Shown here piece after piece: positions 48,371-57,430 of a stretch of 64,000 nt of DNA. Numbering within the stretch: the first letter of the stretch is position 1; each line of letters opens with the position of its first letter. This DNA comes from Patescibacteria group bacterium. Its GTDB lineage: Bacteria > Patescibacteriota > UBA1384 > UBA12157 > JAENIV01. A program made the translations under genes and the position numbers. Location of the stretch: NCBI GenBank assembly GCA_049515915.1, contig JBEKTP010000002.1, positions 36,524 to 100,523 on the forward strand, given 5' to 3'. Below the pieces are notes generated by a model. The model searched no databases. It worked only from the letters and a program-made list of their open reading frames with translations, and was not told where the DNA came from.

Positions 48371-49891
48371 TTATTCCGTAATTGGATCGTGAGAATGAGC
48401 CAAATGCCTTGAAACATATCCAATAATGGGAAATAATCCGTTGGCGAAATCTTCAATGGTCGTGGCTCGGTTAGGCATTTCATACCAATCGGGAACCGAA
48501 AACGGTTCTTTTTTAAAGCGCTTAATCCAATCAACTTCTGAACCCAAAACGATGGCATAGGGCAGATATTCATTTAATTTACCACCCAAAACATCACTCG
48601 CCGGGGCCGATTCTCTCAGACTCAAATATTGACGAAAAGCCATCCATTCGCGCGCTTTCTCAATGCCCGCACCGGTCAGAGCCGGCATATAAGGTGAAGT
48701 TCTGATAATTAAAGCAGCGGCGGCCATGCCACCGAGCCAAAAAATCAGGGCGTATTTCGGGTCAAGTCCGCCAATCGCCCCATAGAGAAAGCCCAAAAAA
48801 CTAAGAAAGAAAAGCCCAATACCGACATTACGGTAGGCCAGATGAACGCGTGAAGGATTTTTTACAAAATAACCTTTTTCGGTCGCCAAATCATATAATC
48901 CGACGTAGAAGTCGGCAATTTTCCGCGAAAAAATATGGCGGCCAATCCGCATTTCGACATCATCAACCGTACTTTTATAGTTCTTAGGCAGAAAAATCTT
49001 CGAAAGCAACGCTTTCTCAAAATTAGAAAGTCCTTGAGTTGTATCTAAATCAGTAAATCGGCGTTTGCCAAAATTAAATTCGCCTTTACCGTCATTAATA
49101 ATGAAAATGTAACCGCGCTCCGCTAAATCAATCAATGTACCAGCAATTTCTCGGGGCCCGACGGCGCCGTCAATTACTACACCGGCCAGCGCCGGCGGCA
49201 CGCGATCGGGCAACTTAGAGAGCAAAGCCTTCGAAAAAATATTTTGTTTGGCCCGGCGGCGCCAATAGATAAAGGCCAGAATTAAAAAAGTGACTACCGG
49301 TAGCGTCACGGCTAAATAAATCCAAGATTTAACGGCCACTAATTCCACGGCCAGCTCCCACTTTTTCCAGAACGGCACTTGAATTAACCCTTTGGGCAGA
49401 CGGGCGACAATCGTCACCGTTGAGCCAGGCGAAATATCCGAGACTTGATAGACTAAAGTTTGGGGATCAGTCGTATAGGCAAGGGTATCTCCCACCCCAT
49501 GAACGGCATAAATAATTTGGCGAATGTTCTGAGCGTCAACCGCACTGGGAAGATGTACCGTCGCCTGATAGGCGCTGACATATTGACTGGGATTATTAAA
49601 GGCAATAAGATCAAACTCATCGTAATTTTGATAATAATTAATGGCATTATTTTCTTTTTTGCCATCAATAGTCACCTTGCCGTCTTTCGCGATGACAATG
49701 TCGGTGTTAATTTGGTCAGAGAACTCCGTTGTGGAGCTATCATACAAAACCGCCGCTTTGGGCCGGGTCTGATTTTTCCAGATTAAATAGACGCCAATTC
49801 CCACGACAAAAATTACCAAAAAGAGAAGAAATTTTTTTCGGTCAAAGCTTAAATCTCGAACAATTGACTTTATAATTTGCCAAGTACTCAA
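48371..49891 (-). CDS. DUF2207-like membrane protein
   Basis: PPALAG..TLIDLAERGYI..YLPYAIVLG. Confidence 0.8.
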   Translation of the reverse strand: MSTWQIIKSIVRDLSFDRKKFLLFLVIFVVGIGVYLIWKNQTRPKAAVLYDSSTTEFSDQINTDIVIAKDGKVTIDGKKENNAINYYQNYDEFDLIAFNNPSQYVSAYQATVHLPSAVDAQNIRQIIYAVHGVGDTLAYTTDPQTLVYQVSDISPGSTVTIVARLPKGLIQVPFWKKWELAVELVAVKSWIYLAVTLPVVTFLILAFIYWRRRAKQNIFSKALLSKLPDRVPPALAGVVIDGAVGPREIAGTLIDLAERGYIFIINDGKGEFNFGKRRFTDLDTTQGLSNFEKALLSKIFLPKNYKSTVDDVEMRIGRHIFSRKIADFYVGLYDLATEKGYFVKNPSRVHLAYRNVGIGLFFLSFLGFLYGAIGGLDPKYALIFWLGGMAAAALIIRTSPYMPALTGAGIEKAREWMAFRQYLSLRESAPASDVLGGKLNEYLPYAIVLGSEVDWIKRFKKEPFSVPDWYEMPNRATTIEDFANGLFPIIGYVSRHLAHSHDPITE

Positions 49892-49915
49892 AGCCCCTCC
49901 GCTTGGTTTATCGGA

Positions 49916-50863
49916 CTATTTTCTCGTTAACTTAAACACCAGCAGCTCCAATGCTACTCTGCCTTCCATTTTACCAGTTTTTATTTTGGTATCAAAGTCT
50001 GAGAGAAGTTGATAGATCTTTTTAAGCGCTGAAAACTCATACTTTCCAACCAGTACCAGCGTCTTTTGGGCGACGTAAGGATGCAGGCCCACTTTTTTGG
50101 CGATTGCCCAGCGGTTGATTCGTCCCTTCGAACGCTCAATAAGGTCTTTAACGATTAAAAGATTGCGATATTCGAGGACAATCATCGACAAGATGTAGGG
50201 TTCGGCTTTACCTTCACGCAAAAGTTTATTCAGCTCCTTAGCGGCCGCCTGAGTATTTTTGGCGGCGATTTCATCCATTAAGTTAAAAATATTTGATTGC
50301 ACCTGCGGCTGAACTAAAAGTTCGATGTTTTCAACGGTGATTTTAGGATCGTAACTGACGAGTTTATCAAGTTCGGCTGACATTCGCCAAAGATCATTAC
50401 CGATATAGGCAATCAATTTGTCGGTGGCTCCCATTTCACATTTCGCTTTTCGCACCTCAACCTCTCTTTGAACCCATCTTCTCAAGCCCTCGCCTTCCAG
50501 TGATTTAAACTCCTGCGATATTTTAGGCTGATTTAGCTTTTTAAAAAGCGATGTCCTTTTATCCGGGTTTCCTTCTTGAGTGATAACAAACACCGTGGTT
50601 TTAGGAACTTTCGAGAGAAACTCGGTTACTTTGTCGATAACATCTTTTTTAGCGGAAAATAAATTATTGACCATCACGAGGCGTGATTTGGCAAGAAAGG
50701 GTATGGCGAGAGTTTGACGAACGATATCATCGAATGACATCAATACAGCATCTAACATGGCCAAATTAGTATCACCCAAAGAAGCCGAGATGAAACGTTC
50801 TTTCAGCGCTTTCACCTTTTGGTTTAAGCGATAATTATCTTCACCGTATAAAAATAATATCAT
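49916..50863 (-). CDS. holA: DNA polymerase III delta subunit
   Basis: LFLYGED, PFLAKSRLV, ELDKL, HPYV, D..IKTG. Confidence 0.92.
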   Translation of the reverse strand: MILFLYGEDNYRLNQKVKALKERFISASLGDTNLAMLDAVLMSFDDIVRQTLAIPFLAKSRLVMVNNLFSAKKDVIDKVTEFLSKVPKTTVFVITQEGNPDKRTSLFKKLNQPKISQEFKSLEGEGLRRWVQREVEVRKAKCEMGATDKLIAYIGNDLWRMSAELDKLVSYDPKITVENIELLVQPQVQSNIFNLMDEIAAKNTQAAAKELNKLLREGKAEPYILSMIVLEYRNLLIVKDLIERSKGRINRWAIAKKVGLHPYVAQKTLVLVGKYEFSALKKIYQLLSDFDTKIKTGKMEGRVALELLVFKLTRK

Positions 50864-50936
50864 CTGGTTGACTTTCCTTTAACGATATCATACCATGTGT
50901 TAAATTATTTATAGCAAGCGCTCTTTGGAGGTCGAC

Positions 50937-51737
50937 ATGCCAGAGGTGCCGATTCGGTTGATGCACGGTGATCAGTTCCGTCTGCTGACAAGCGCCCGAG
51001 TCATCGGAGATTTAGTGCTCGGACTCCTGGACTTCCCGCCTTACCCCCACCTCGGATTTGCCGACCATATGCCCGGCAACCCTTTTTTCCCGGGGGTGAT
51101 GAAGCTCTCCGCGATGTTCCAGCTCGTCCAGACTTTCTGCGCGGAGGCAACGCAAGGAAAGCTTTTCCCGATCTTGACGGGAATCCCACTAGTAAGATTC
51201 TACAAAGTGACCAAACCAGGAGAGGTCACCGTTCAGGCCAACGTCTTTCAAGATGGCTACGGCGGCGTGGCCACCTGTACGGTCAATGCCAACAGCAAAG
51301 AGCGTGCTTCGGCGATTTTCACCTTCGACATGAGCACCACGAGACCGCCGGAGACGATTCTGCCGCTACCACTTGAGCAAATCAACATCAAGATGGCGCA
51401 AGGTTTGATCAGCGGAGTCTTCAACTACAAAGGAAACGAGGTACTTCCGCTGGCTCATCTGGAAGTCATCCCGTTCCCGCTCGTCCTCGAGGCTCTCTGC
51501 CAGAACACGATTCAAGTGGGCTACAATATCGCCAGTCTGGCGAACGCCCTCTTCGTCGTCACTTACCTGAGGGACACTGTCTTTCACGGCACTGCCTCCA
51601 AAGGCATGCTCAACCTGCGCTCGAAAGTCGAATGGACCGAGAAGCGCGGTCTAGTCCATGCCGTCGCCAGCTGTGGCGAGTGGCAGCCGATCGTCTCGGG
51701 CGATTTCGGCTTCGCCATTCTTAACCCCAAACATTAG
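50937..51737 (+). CDS. Tandem FabZ/FabA-like double-hotdog protein
   Basis: FADHMPGNPFFPGV..LSAMFQ and second unit PFPLVLEALCQ; promoter TTGACT-N17-TACCAT, GGAGG RBS. Confidence 0.7.
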   Translation: MPEVPIRLMHGDQFRLLTSARVIGDLVLGLLDFPPYPHLGFADHMPGNPFFPGVMKLSAMFQLVQTFCAEATQGKLFPILTGIPLVRFYKVTKPGEVTVQANVFQDGYGGVATCTVNANSKERASAIFTFDMSTTRPPETILPLPLEQINIKMAQGLISGVFNYKGNEVLPLAHLEVIPFPLVLEALCQNTIQVGYNIASLANALFVVTYLRDTVFHGTASKGMLNLRSKVEWTEKRGLVHAVASCGEWQPIVSGDFGFAILNPKH

Positions 51738-51766
51738 CCGGCCCGCCCGGACCAAACTTGTCGAAC

Positions 51767-51790
51767 CGCCCGCTCGAAAGAGCGGGCGTT
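51767..51790 (+). terminator. Intrinsic terminator hairpin
   Basis: cgcccgctc-gaaa-gagcgggcg. Confidence 0.7.
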
Positions 51791-51809
51791 GTCATTTTTA
51801 GAGCATTTT

Positions 51810-52373
51810 TTACTTACTTTTAAGCGCTTTGGCTTTCCCCCATTCCTTTTCAAACCCGAGTTTTTCAACCCACAAGTTCAAATATTTTGCATCGATATTT
51901 CCTGCCTCTAAAACGGTTACGATATCTTCCAGTTGCCGATCTGATTGGCTTATCTGATACCATCTTAATTTAGCAATAATTAGGTCTTCGGGCGAAATAA
52001 TTTTGATAAGTTTGTTACCAATTTTTTTCTTTTGGGCACGTTTAATTTCTAATTTTTGATGTTCGATTTGGCCAATCACAAAAAAATCGGCCTTCAGGCC
52101 GTATTCTGGCTCAATCAGATTAAATTCGCCTTTATTTTTGTAGGCCAAAAGCGCTGTTTCTTTATCAATATAGCCAACCTTAAATTTCTTTAATAAAGCC
52201 ACTACGAGTTCCTCAACTTTTTTCTCGCTGCCGATCTCAACAACAATATCTAAATCGGCCGTGTAGCGAGGCCGGCCCCAAACGGAAACGGCAATGCCGC
52301 CCGAAACAGCATATTCAATTTTAAGCTCGTCGAGGATCTGACTTATTTCGACGAGAAATTTTTTGATGGTCAT
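51810..52373 (-). CDS. Nucleotidyltransferase-fold protein (DUF6036/AbiEii-like)
   Basis: YAVSGGIAVSVWGRPRYTADLD, SPEDLIIAKL. Confidence 0.8.
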   Translation of the reverse strand: MTIKKFLVEISQILDELKIEYAVSGGIAVSVWGRPRYTADLDIVVEIGSEKKVEELVVALLKKFKVGYIDKETALLAYKNKGEFNLIEPEYGLKADFFVIGQIEHQKLEIKRAQKKKIGNKLIKIISPEDLIIAKLRWYQISQSDRQLEDIVTVLEAGNIDAKYLNLWVEKLGFEKEWGKAKALKSK

Positions 52374-52488
52374 TATTCGCGTTCTTTTTGAGTTCTTTAG
52401 CAAAGGAAAAAAAATCATCCACGATGGTGATTTTTTTATCCGCCGACATTTTTTTATAGATTTTATCTTGAATAGCTTGCGCGTTCAT
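52321..52488 (-). CDS. Small partner protein upstream of the nucleotidyltransferase
   Basis: MNAQAIQDKIYKKMSADKK; overlaps the downstream gene. Confidence 0.55.
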   Translation of the reverse strand: MNAQAIQDKIYKKMSADKKITIVDDFFSFAKELKKNANNDHQKISRRNKSDPRRA

Positions 52489-52566
52489 AGCCTTATCATA
52501 CAGCAGGCCGCATAATTTACAAATCAAACCTGTTTGTTCTCACTTACGAAATGAGGTCTAGATGGT

Positions 52567-53469
52567 TCAGAGCAATTTTTGCTGGGGATTTTCGCGTTTG
52601 GGCTCTGGTAAACGATTAATAAGAGAACGAAAACCATATTTTTTAAAGATATTGACGACTTTGTCATAATCGAAATCATGGATTTTAGCGTCGGGAAGTT
52701 TGAAATCAATATCTAAATCAGTGATAATTTTTGATAATTTTTGGCTCAAAAATGCTTGCTCTTTGTTATCATTTAATAAGGTCCGTATTTTCCCGCTAAT
52801 TTTTTCAATATTTTTATAAATATTTTCTAAATTTTTATAATCGATGATAAGTTTGGCCGCGGTTTTTTCCCCAATTCCCGGCACGCCGGGGATGTTATCA
52901 GAAGCATCGCCTTTGAGCGCCTTAAAATCTACAAACTGCGATGGCGCCAGACCATACCTTTCTTCAACCTTTTCGATATCATACATTATTGCCTGATTAA
53001 CACCCCTTGCCATCGAATAAACTTTCGTTTGTTTATCAACCAACTGCAATGTATCCAAATCCCCAGTGACTATTATATATTCTAATTTTGATTTTTGATT
53101 CTTGATTTTTGATATTAGCGAAGCTATGACGTCTTCTCCTTCAAATCCTTCCTTATCGAAAACCGGGATATTGAAAGTTTTCAAAACTTCCCGAACATAC
53201 GGAACTTGAGTCATTAAATCTTCTGGGGTCGGCGCCCGGTGAGCTTTATACTCGACATATTGTTCATGCCGTACTGTTTTGGTCGGTAAATCAAAACCGA
53301 CCGCCAAGTATTCTGGCTCTAGTTTATCGATCGCTGATAACAACGCGCTCGTAAACCCGTAGACCGCATTGAGTTGGACGCCTTCTTTATTCGTCAAAGG
53401 CGGCAAGGCATGATAGGCCCGGAAGATGAGGGCAAAAGCATCAATTAAAACCAAACGGTTCTTAATCAC
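52567..53469 (-). CDS. Stand-alone 5'-3' exonuclease (PolA N-terminal/FEN domain)
   Basis: LIDAFALIFRAYHA, YKAHR, FEGEDVIAS, GDLD, GDASDNIPGVPGIGEKTA; ends QQKLL. Confidence 0.9.
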   Translation of the reverse strand: MIKNRLVLIDAFALIFRAYHALPPLTNKEGVQLNAVYGFTSALLSAIDKLEPEYLAVGFDLPTKTVRHEQYVEYKAHRAPTPEDLMTQVPYVREVLKTFNIPVFDKEGFEGEDVIASLISKIKNQKSKLEYIIVTGDLDTLQLVDKQTKVYSMARGVNQAIMYDIEKVEERYGLAPSQFVDFKALKGDASDNIPGVPGIGEKTAAKLIIDYKNLENIYKNIEKISGKIRTLLNDNKEQAFLSQKLSKIITDLDIDFKLPDAKIHDFDYDKVVNIFKKYGFRSLINRLPEPKRENPQQKLL

Positions 53470-54782
53470 TATTCTTCTCGTCTTTTCATTAAGAGTTCTT
53501 TAGCGACTTTTTTATCGGACCAAGGAACTTTTTCGTGACCCACTACCATACACTCTTCCGCGCCTTTACCAGTAATGATAACGATATCGTCTTTGACAGC
53601 CAAGCTGAAGGCTTTTTCGATCGCTTCGCGGCGATCTAAAATCTTAAAGAAACTTTCGCCACCCATTTTTTGGCCGCGGCCCGCTCCCCGCGGCACTCCA
53701 GCGGCCACCTCTTCAATAATTTTAACCGGATCTTCGGTATACGGATCCTCGTTGGTCAAGATTACCACATCGGCAAACCGCCCAGCAATGGCGCCCATAA
53801 TCGGCCTTTTCGACCGATCACGGTCGCCGCAGGCACCTAAAACCGCGATGATTTTGCCCCGTCGTGAGGCCGCCAAAGTCGAATATATTTTTTCCAAAGC
53901 GTCCGGCGAGTGGGCGTAATCGATAATTACCGCAAACGACTGGCCCATGTCCACCGTTTCCATCCGGCCAGGGATATTGTCGATACCTTCCAGCGCGTCT
54001 TTGACGACGTTGAGATGGATATTAAGGTCGTAAGCCACCGAGAGCGCGGCCACGGCATTATAGATATTGAACTTGCCCGGTAATTTAAGATTAATCGCCA
54101 CTTGACTTTCGGGCGTAATAACCGTAAACATACTGCCGGTCGCCTCCAAAATAATTTTTTTAGCCAAAATGTCCGGTCGGGCCGGCCGATCTTTTTCCCC
54201 TCCTTCGGCGCCATAAGTAATCGTTTTAGGCATCGGAATTCGGATAAAATAACTGGCTGATTTATCGTCAATGTTGATAATGCCCGTTTGGCACTCGGCA
54301 AAGATTCTGGCTTTGGCAGCGCGGTATTCTTCCTGGGTTTTATGATAGTCCAGATGATCATGGGTAATGTTGGTAATCACGGCAATTTTGGGTTTAATTG
54401 ACCAAATTCTTTCTTGGACGATGGCGTGAGAAGTTGTCTCTAAAACCAGGAAATGGCAACCGGCGTTGACCGCCTCCCGAATAAACTTTTGTAAGCTAAA
54501 CGGCGAAACGGTTGTCATTTTGGTTTTGTTCGTCCACTCTTTTTTATTGATGCGAAAATTAATCGTCGTCGCCAAGGCCACCTTATAATTGGCCTGTTCT
54601 AAAATTTTCGCAATCATATTGCAGGTGGTCGTTTTACCGTTGGTGCCAGTCACCATAATTACTCGAAGATTTTTCGCCGGCTCTCGATAAATGAGGGCGG
54701 CCAAAATCCCCCGGGCCTTGTGCGTCCAGAGGATGAAGGAAGGAGGCAAAATTTTACGTAGATAATCTTTGATCGAATCCAT
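53469..54782 (-). CDS. murE: MurE ligase
   Basis: VTGTNGKTT, NITHDHLDYH, IDYAHSPD, GDRDRSKRP, TNEDPY, TGKG. Confidence 0.93.
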   Translation of the reverse strand: MDSIKDYLRKILPPSFILWTHKARGILAALIYREPAKNLRVIMVTGTNGKTTTCNMIAKILEQANYKVALATTINFRINKKEWTNKTKMTTVSPFSLQKFIREAVNAGCHFLVLETTSHAIVQERIWSIKPKIAVITNITHDHLDYHKTQEEYRAAKARIFAECQTGIINIDDKSASYFIRIPMPKTITYGAEGGEKDRPARPDILAKKIILEATGSMFTVITPESQVAINLKLPGKFNIYNAVAALSVAYDLNIHLNVVKDALEGIDNIPGRMETVDMGQSFAVIIDYAHSPDALEKIYSTLAASRRGKIIAVLGACGDRDRSKRPIMGAIAGRFADVVILTNEDPYTEDPVKIIEEVAAGVPRGAGRGQKMGGESFFKILDRREAIEKAFSLAVKDDIVIITGKGAEECMVVGHEKVPWSDKKVAKELLMKRREE

Positions 54783-55702
54783 TATTTTCTTCTTCTTTGC
54801 TCGGCTATTTTAAATAACTTATACCAAAATGGTTTATAAACCAGGTCGTAGCTACCAACGATGTTCACCTTCTCGCCACCAAATTGTTCTTTAAAGCGAG
54901 TGATACCAGTATATTTGTGATTTTCCTGACCGGGCGGGGCAATCGCCAACAAATCATACTTTTGACAACCTCGCTTCTTCGCTGCGCAAATTGCTTCGTA
55001 GTGAGCCAAATACGGCGCCATCACATGGCGATAATCCACTGAGGAAGCACCGTAAAGAAAAGTCGCCACGCCATCGTAGTAGGTAATAATCAAGCCGGCA
55101 ACAGGCACCTTTTCGAACCGGGCAATGAGCAAATCGGCCCGGCCAGCAGCGTAAAGTCGCGTCAATAAATCCTGAAAATATTTCTTTGACCGAATCTCAA
55201 AATGCTGATTTTCGGAAGTTTGACGAAATAAATTATAAAATACATCGATATTTTCGAGTAAATTTTCTTCAGAAATGCGCTCAACCTTGACTTTGGACTT
55301 TTGGGCAACCTTGATATTGTAGCGGCCTTTCGGCTTCATCTGAGCGAGAATTTCATCTTCGGATTTGGAGATGTCAATGATTTGACGCCACTCCGGCTGA
55401 AGTTCCTCAAATGCTTTAATGAAGCCATTTTGTTTTAAATTTTTGATAATTTCGGGGCGATTTTCGTCAAGAATCTCTAGCCTGAAAAATATGGAAGAAA
55501 AATTTTTCGCAATTTTTTGTATATTTTGTAAAAAATTTTGTAAATTCGCAATCGATTGATATTCTAATTCGGGGACATACAAAAAAGAAAAACCGAGCGG
55601 TAATGACTTCCCAAGAACTTTGATCCCGGCGATATCAAAAACCTTCCAGCCCTGCTTCTCTTTCAGGCTGGCCCATTCGTCCGTCTGTAGCAATGAATGC
55701 AT
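54782..55702 (-). CDS. FemAB/FemX family peptidoglycan bridge aminoacyltransferase
   Basis: LLQTDEW, MKPKGRYNI, LYGASS, FKEQFGG. Confidence 0.9.
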   Translation of the reverse strand: MHSLLQTDEWASLKEKQGWKVFDIAGIKVLGKSLPLGFSFLYVPELEYQSIANLQNFLQNIQKIAKNFSSIFFRLEILDENRPEIIKNLKQNGFIKAFEELQPEWRQIIDISKSEDEILAQMKPKGRYNIKVAQKSKVKVERISEENLLENIDVFYNLFRQTSENQHFEIRSKKYFQDLLTRLYAAGRADLLIARFEKVPVAGLIITYYDGVATFLYGASSVDYRHVMAPYLAHYEAICAAKKRGCQKYDLLAIAPPGQENHKYTGITRFKEQFGGEKVNIVGSYDLVYKPFWYKLFKIAEQRRRK

Positions 55703-55891
55703 GATTTTATTTTACTATTTTGGAGTTAAAACCGCAATTTAAACGGGTTAGGACGTCCTCTCGTAGAGGCGCTGGATTAATCGTATTTGCCGAAACATCA
55801 AGTCCAATAATTGGCCGCATACCACTTCACCTTTCCCTTAAATTGTGGTTTAATATTACTACCAAACTTATCTTATTTCAAGAGTGAGAGC

Positions 55892-56905
55892 ATGCCTAAA
55901 TCCAAACCGATAAAAATCTTAGCCATTGAAACCTCCTGTGACGAAACGGCCGCGGCGGTTATTGAAAAAACCGACAGCGATTTAGAAATTATTTCCAATG
56001 TCGTTACCTCCCAGATAGAAATTCATAAAAAATATGGCGGTGTTTTTCCGGAACACGCCTCCAGAGCGCATGTGGAAAAAATTATTCCCGTGGTGGAAGA
56101 AGCGTTGGGGAATATTGATCCCGATATTATTGCTGTAACCATCGGCCCAGGTCTTATCGGTTCCTTACTCGTCGGTATTAATTTTGCTAAAACGCTTGCA
56201 TTTGCCCAAAAGAAACTTATTATCGGTGTAAACCATTGGCTTGGGCACATCTATTCGAATTGGGCAGAGAAACCGTATCCGATATTTCCCGCTTTGATCC
56301 TTATCGTTTCTGGTGGCCACACCGGTTTAGTTTTAATGGAGTCGCCCAACGATATTGAGCCTCTCGGCGAAACTTTAGATGACGCCGCCGGCGAAGCGTT
56401 CGACAAAGTGGCAAAACTATTAAACCTCAGTTATCCGGGCGGCCCCGCCATTTCTAAAGCGGCCAAAAAAGGCAATCCAAAAACTTATAATTTTCCGCGG
56501 TCAATGCTCGATCAAAAAAACTATAATTTTTCATTTTCCGGTTTAAAAACAGCTATTTTATATGAAACTAAAAAACTGCAGAAAATGTCATTGAAAAATA
56601 AAGCTGATTTTGCGGCCAGTTTTCAGCAAGCGGTGATCGATATCTTAATCGGCAAAACCATTCAAGCCGCTTATGAATTCAAACCAAAATCGATATGTCT
56701 TTGTGGCGGCGTTTCGGCGAATAAAGAACTTAGAGAACAAATGAAAAAAGCAGTTGCTAAACTGCCCTGGAAAACTTCTTATCATGTACCGCCGATTAAA
56801 CTTTCCACCGACAATGCGGCCATGATCGGCATCGCCGCGGCTTATTATTTAGATGATGCTACCACACACGATAAAATATCAGCTGACTCAAATTTGAAAC
56901 TTTAA
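55892..56905 (+). CDS. tsaD: tRNA threonylcarbamoyladenosine transferase
   Basis: IETSCDET, HWLGH, VSGGHT, DDAAGEAFDK, TDNAAMI. Confidence 0.96.
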   Translation: MPKSKPIKILAIETSCDETAAAVIEKTDSDLEIISNVVTSQIEIHKKYGGVFPEHASRAHVEKIIPVVEEALGNIDPDIIAVTIGPGLIGSLLVGINFAKTLAFAQKKLIIGVNHWLGHIYSNWAEKPYPIFPALILIVSGGHTGLVLMESPNDIEPLGETLDDAAGEAFDKVAKLLNLSYPGGPAISKAAKKGNPKTYNFPRSMLDQKNYNFSFSGLKTAILYETKKLQKMSLKNKADFAASFQQAVIDILIGKTIQAAYEFKPKSICLCGGVSANKELREQMKKAVAKLPWKTSYHVPPIKLSTDNAAMIGIAAAYYLDDATTHDKISADSNLKL

Positions 56906-56927
56906 AAAAATATGCTATAATTTGGCC

Positions 56928-57137
56928 ATGAAAATGAGTCAGTTTAATTTTCCAATTATTATCGAAAAAGACGAAGACGGGTTTTATGTTGCTTCAACGC
57001 CCGTCATTTCTGGTTGTTATACTCAAGGGAAAACCCATAAAGAAGCACTTAAAAGAATCCAAGAAGCAATCGAACTTCATTTAGAAGCCCGCCAGATTAA
57101 AATTGACTTTCTTCCTCAAAGCCAATTAAAAGTATAA
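56928..57137 (+). CDS. hicB: HicB-like antitoxin (short form)
   Basis: IIEKDEDG.YVAS.P..SGCYTQGKT..EAL..IQEAI. Confidence 0.88.
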   Translation: MKMSQFNFPIIIEKDEDGFYVASTPVISGCYTQGKTHKEALKRIQEAIELHLEARQIKIDFLPQSQLKV

Positions 57138-57374
57138 ATGAGTCCTCTTTTACCGTCATTGCGCGCCAAAGATTTAGTTAAGACCGTTCGTAAGTGCAGT
57201 TTTTATTTTGTCCGTCAAAAGGGCAGCCACCAAATTTATAAACACCCTGACGGCCGTTGGGTAACAATCCCGATTCATCCCGGCGAGAATATCGGCCGCG
57301 GTTTATTAAGAAAGATCTTAAACGATCTCGAAATAAACCCAAAAGAATTTTTGAGATTGTTAAAAAGAAAGTAA
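57138..57374 (+). CDS. hicA: HicA toxin
   Basis: RQKGSH, VTIPIH, GLLRKIL. Confidence 0.9.
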   Translation: MSPLLPSLRAKDLVKTVRKCSFYFVRQKGSHQIYKHPDGRWVTIPIHPGENIGRGLLRKILNDLEINPKEFLRLLKRK

Positions 57375-57430
57375 TTTCTTCAAAGCCAACCATAATTGAA
57401 ACTCTAACTTGAAAATGTTAGTCTTAGCTT

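Noticed and set aside
55707-55820. 37-aa minus-strand ORF MRPIIGLDVS.. resembling an IS110/RNase H-fold N-terminus
   Set aside because: Too short with no further transposase motifs; could be a real small ORF but unsupported
56928-57374. hicB-hicA as a novel defence system
   Set aside because: Ordinary, well-described type II toxin-antitoxin arrangement
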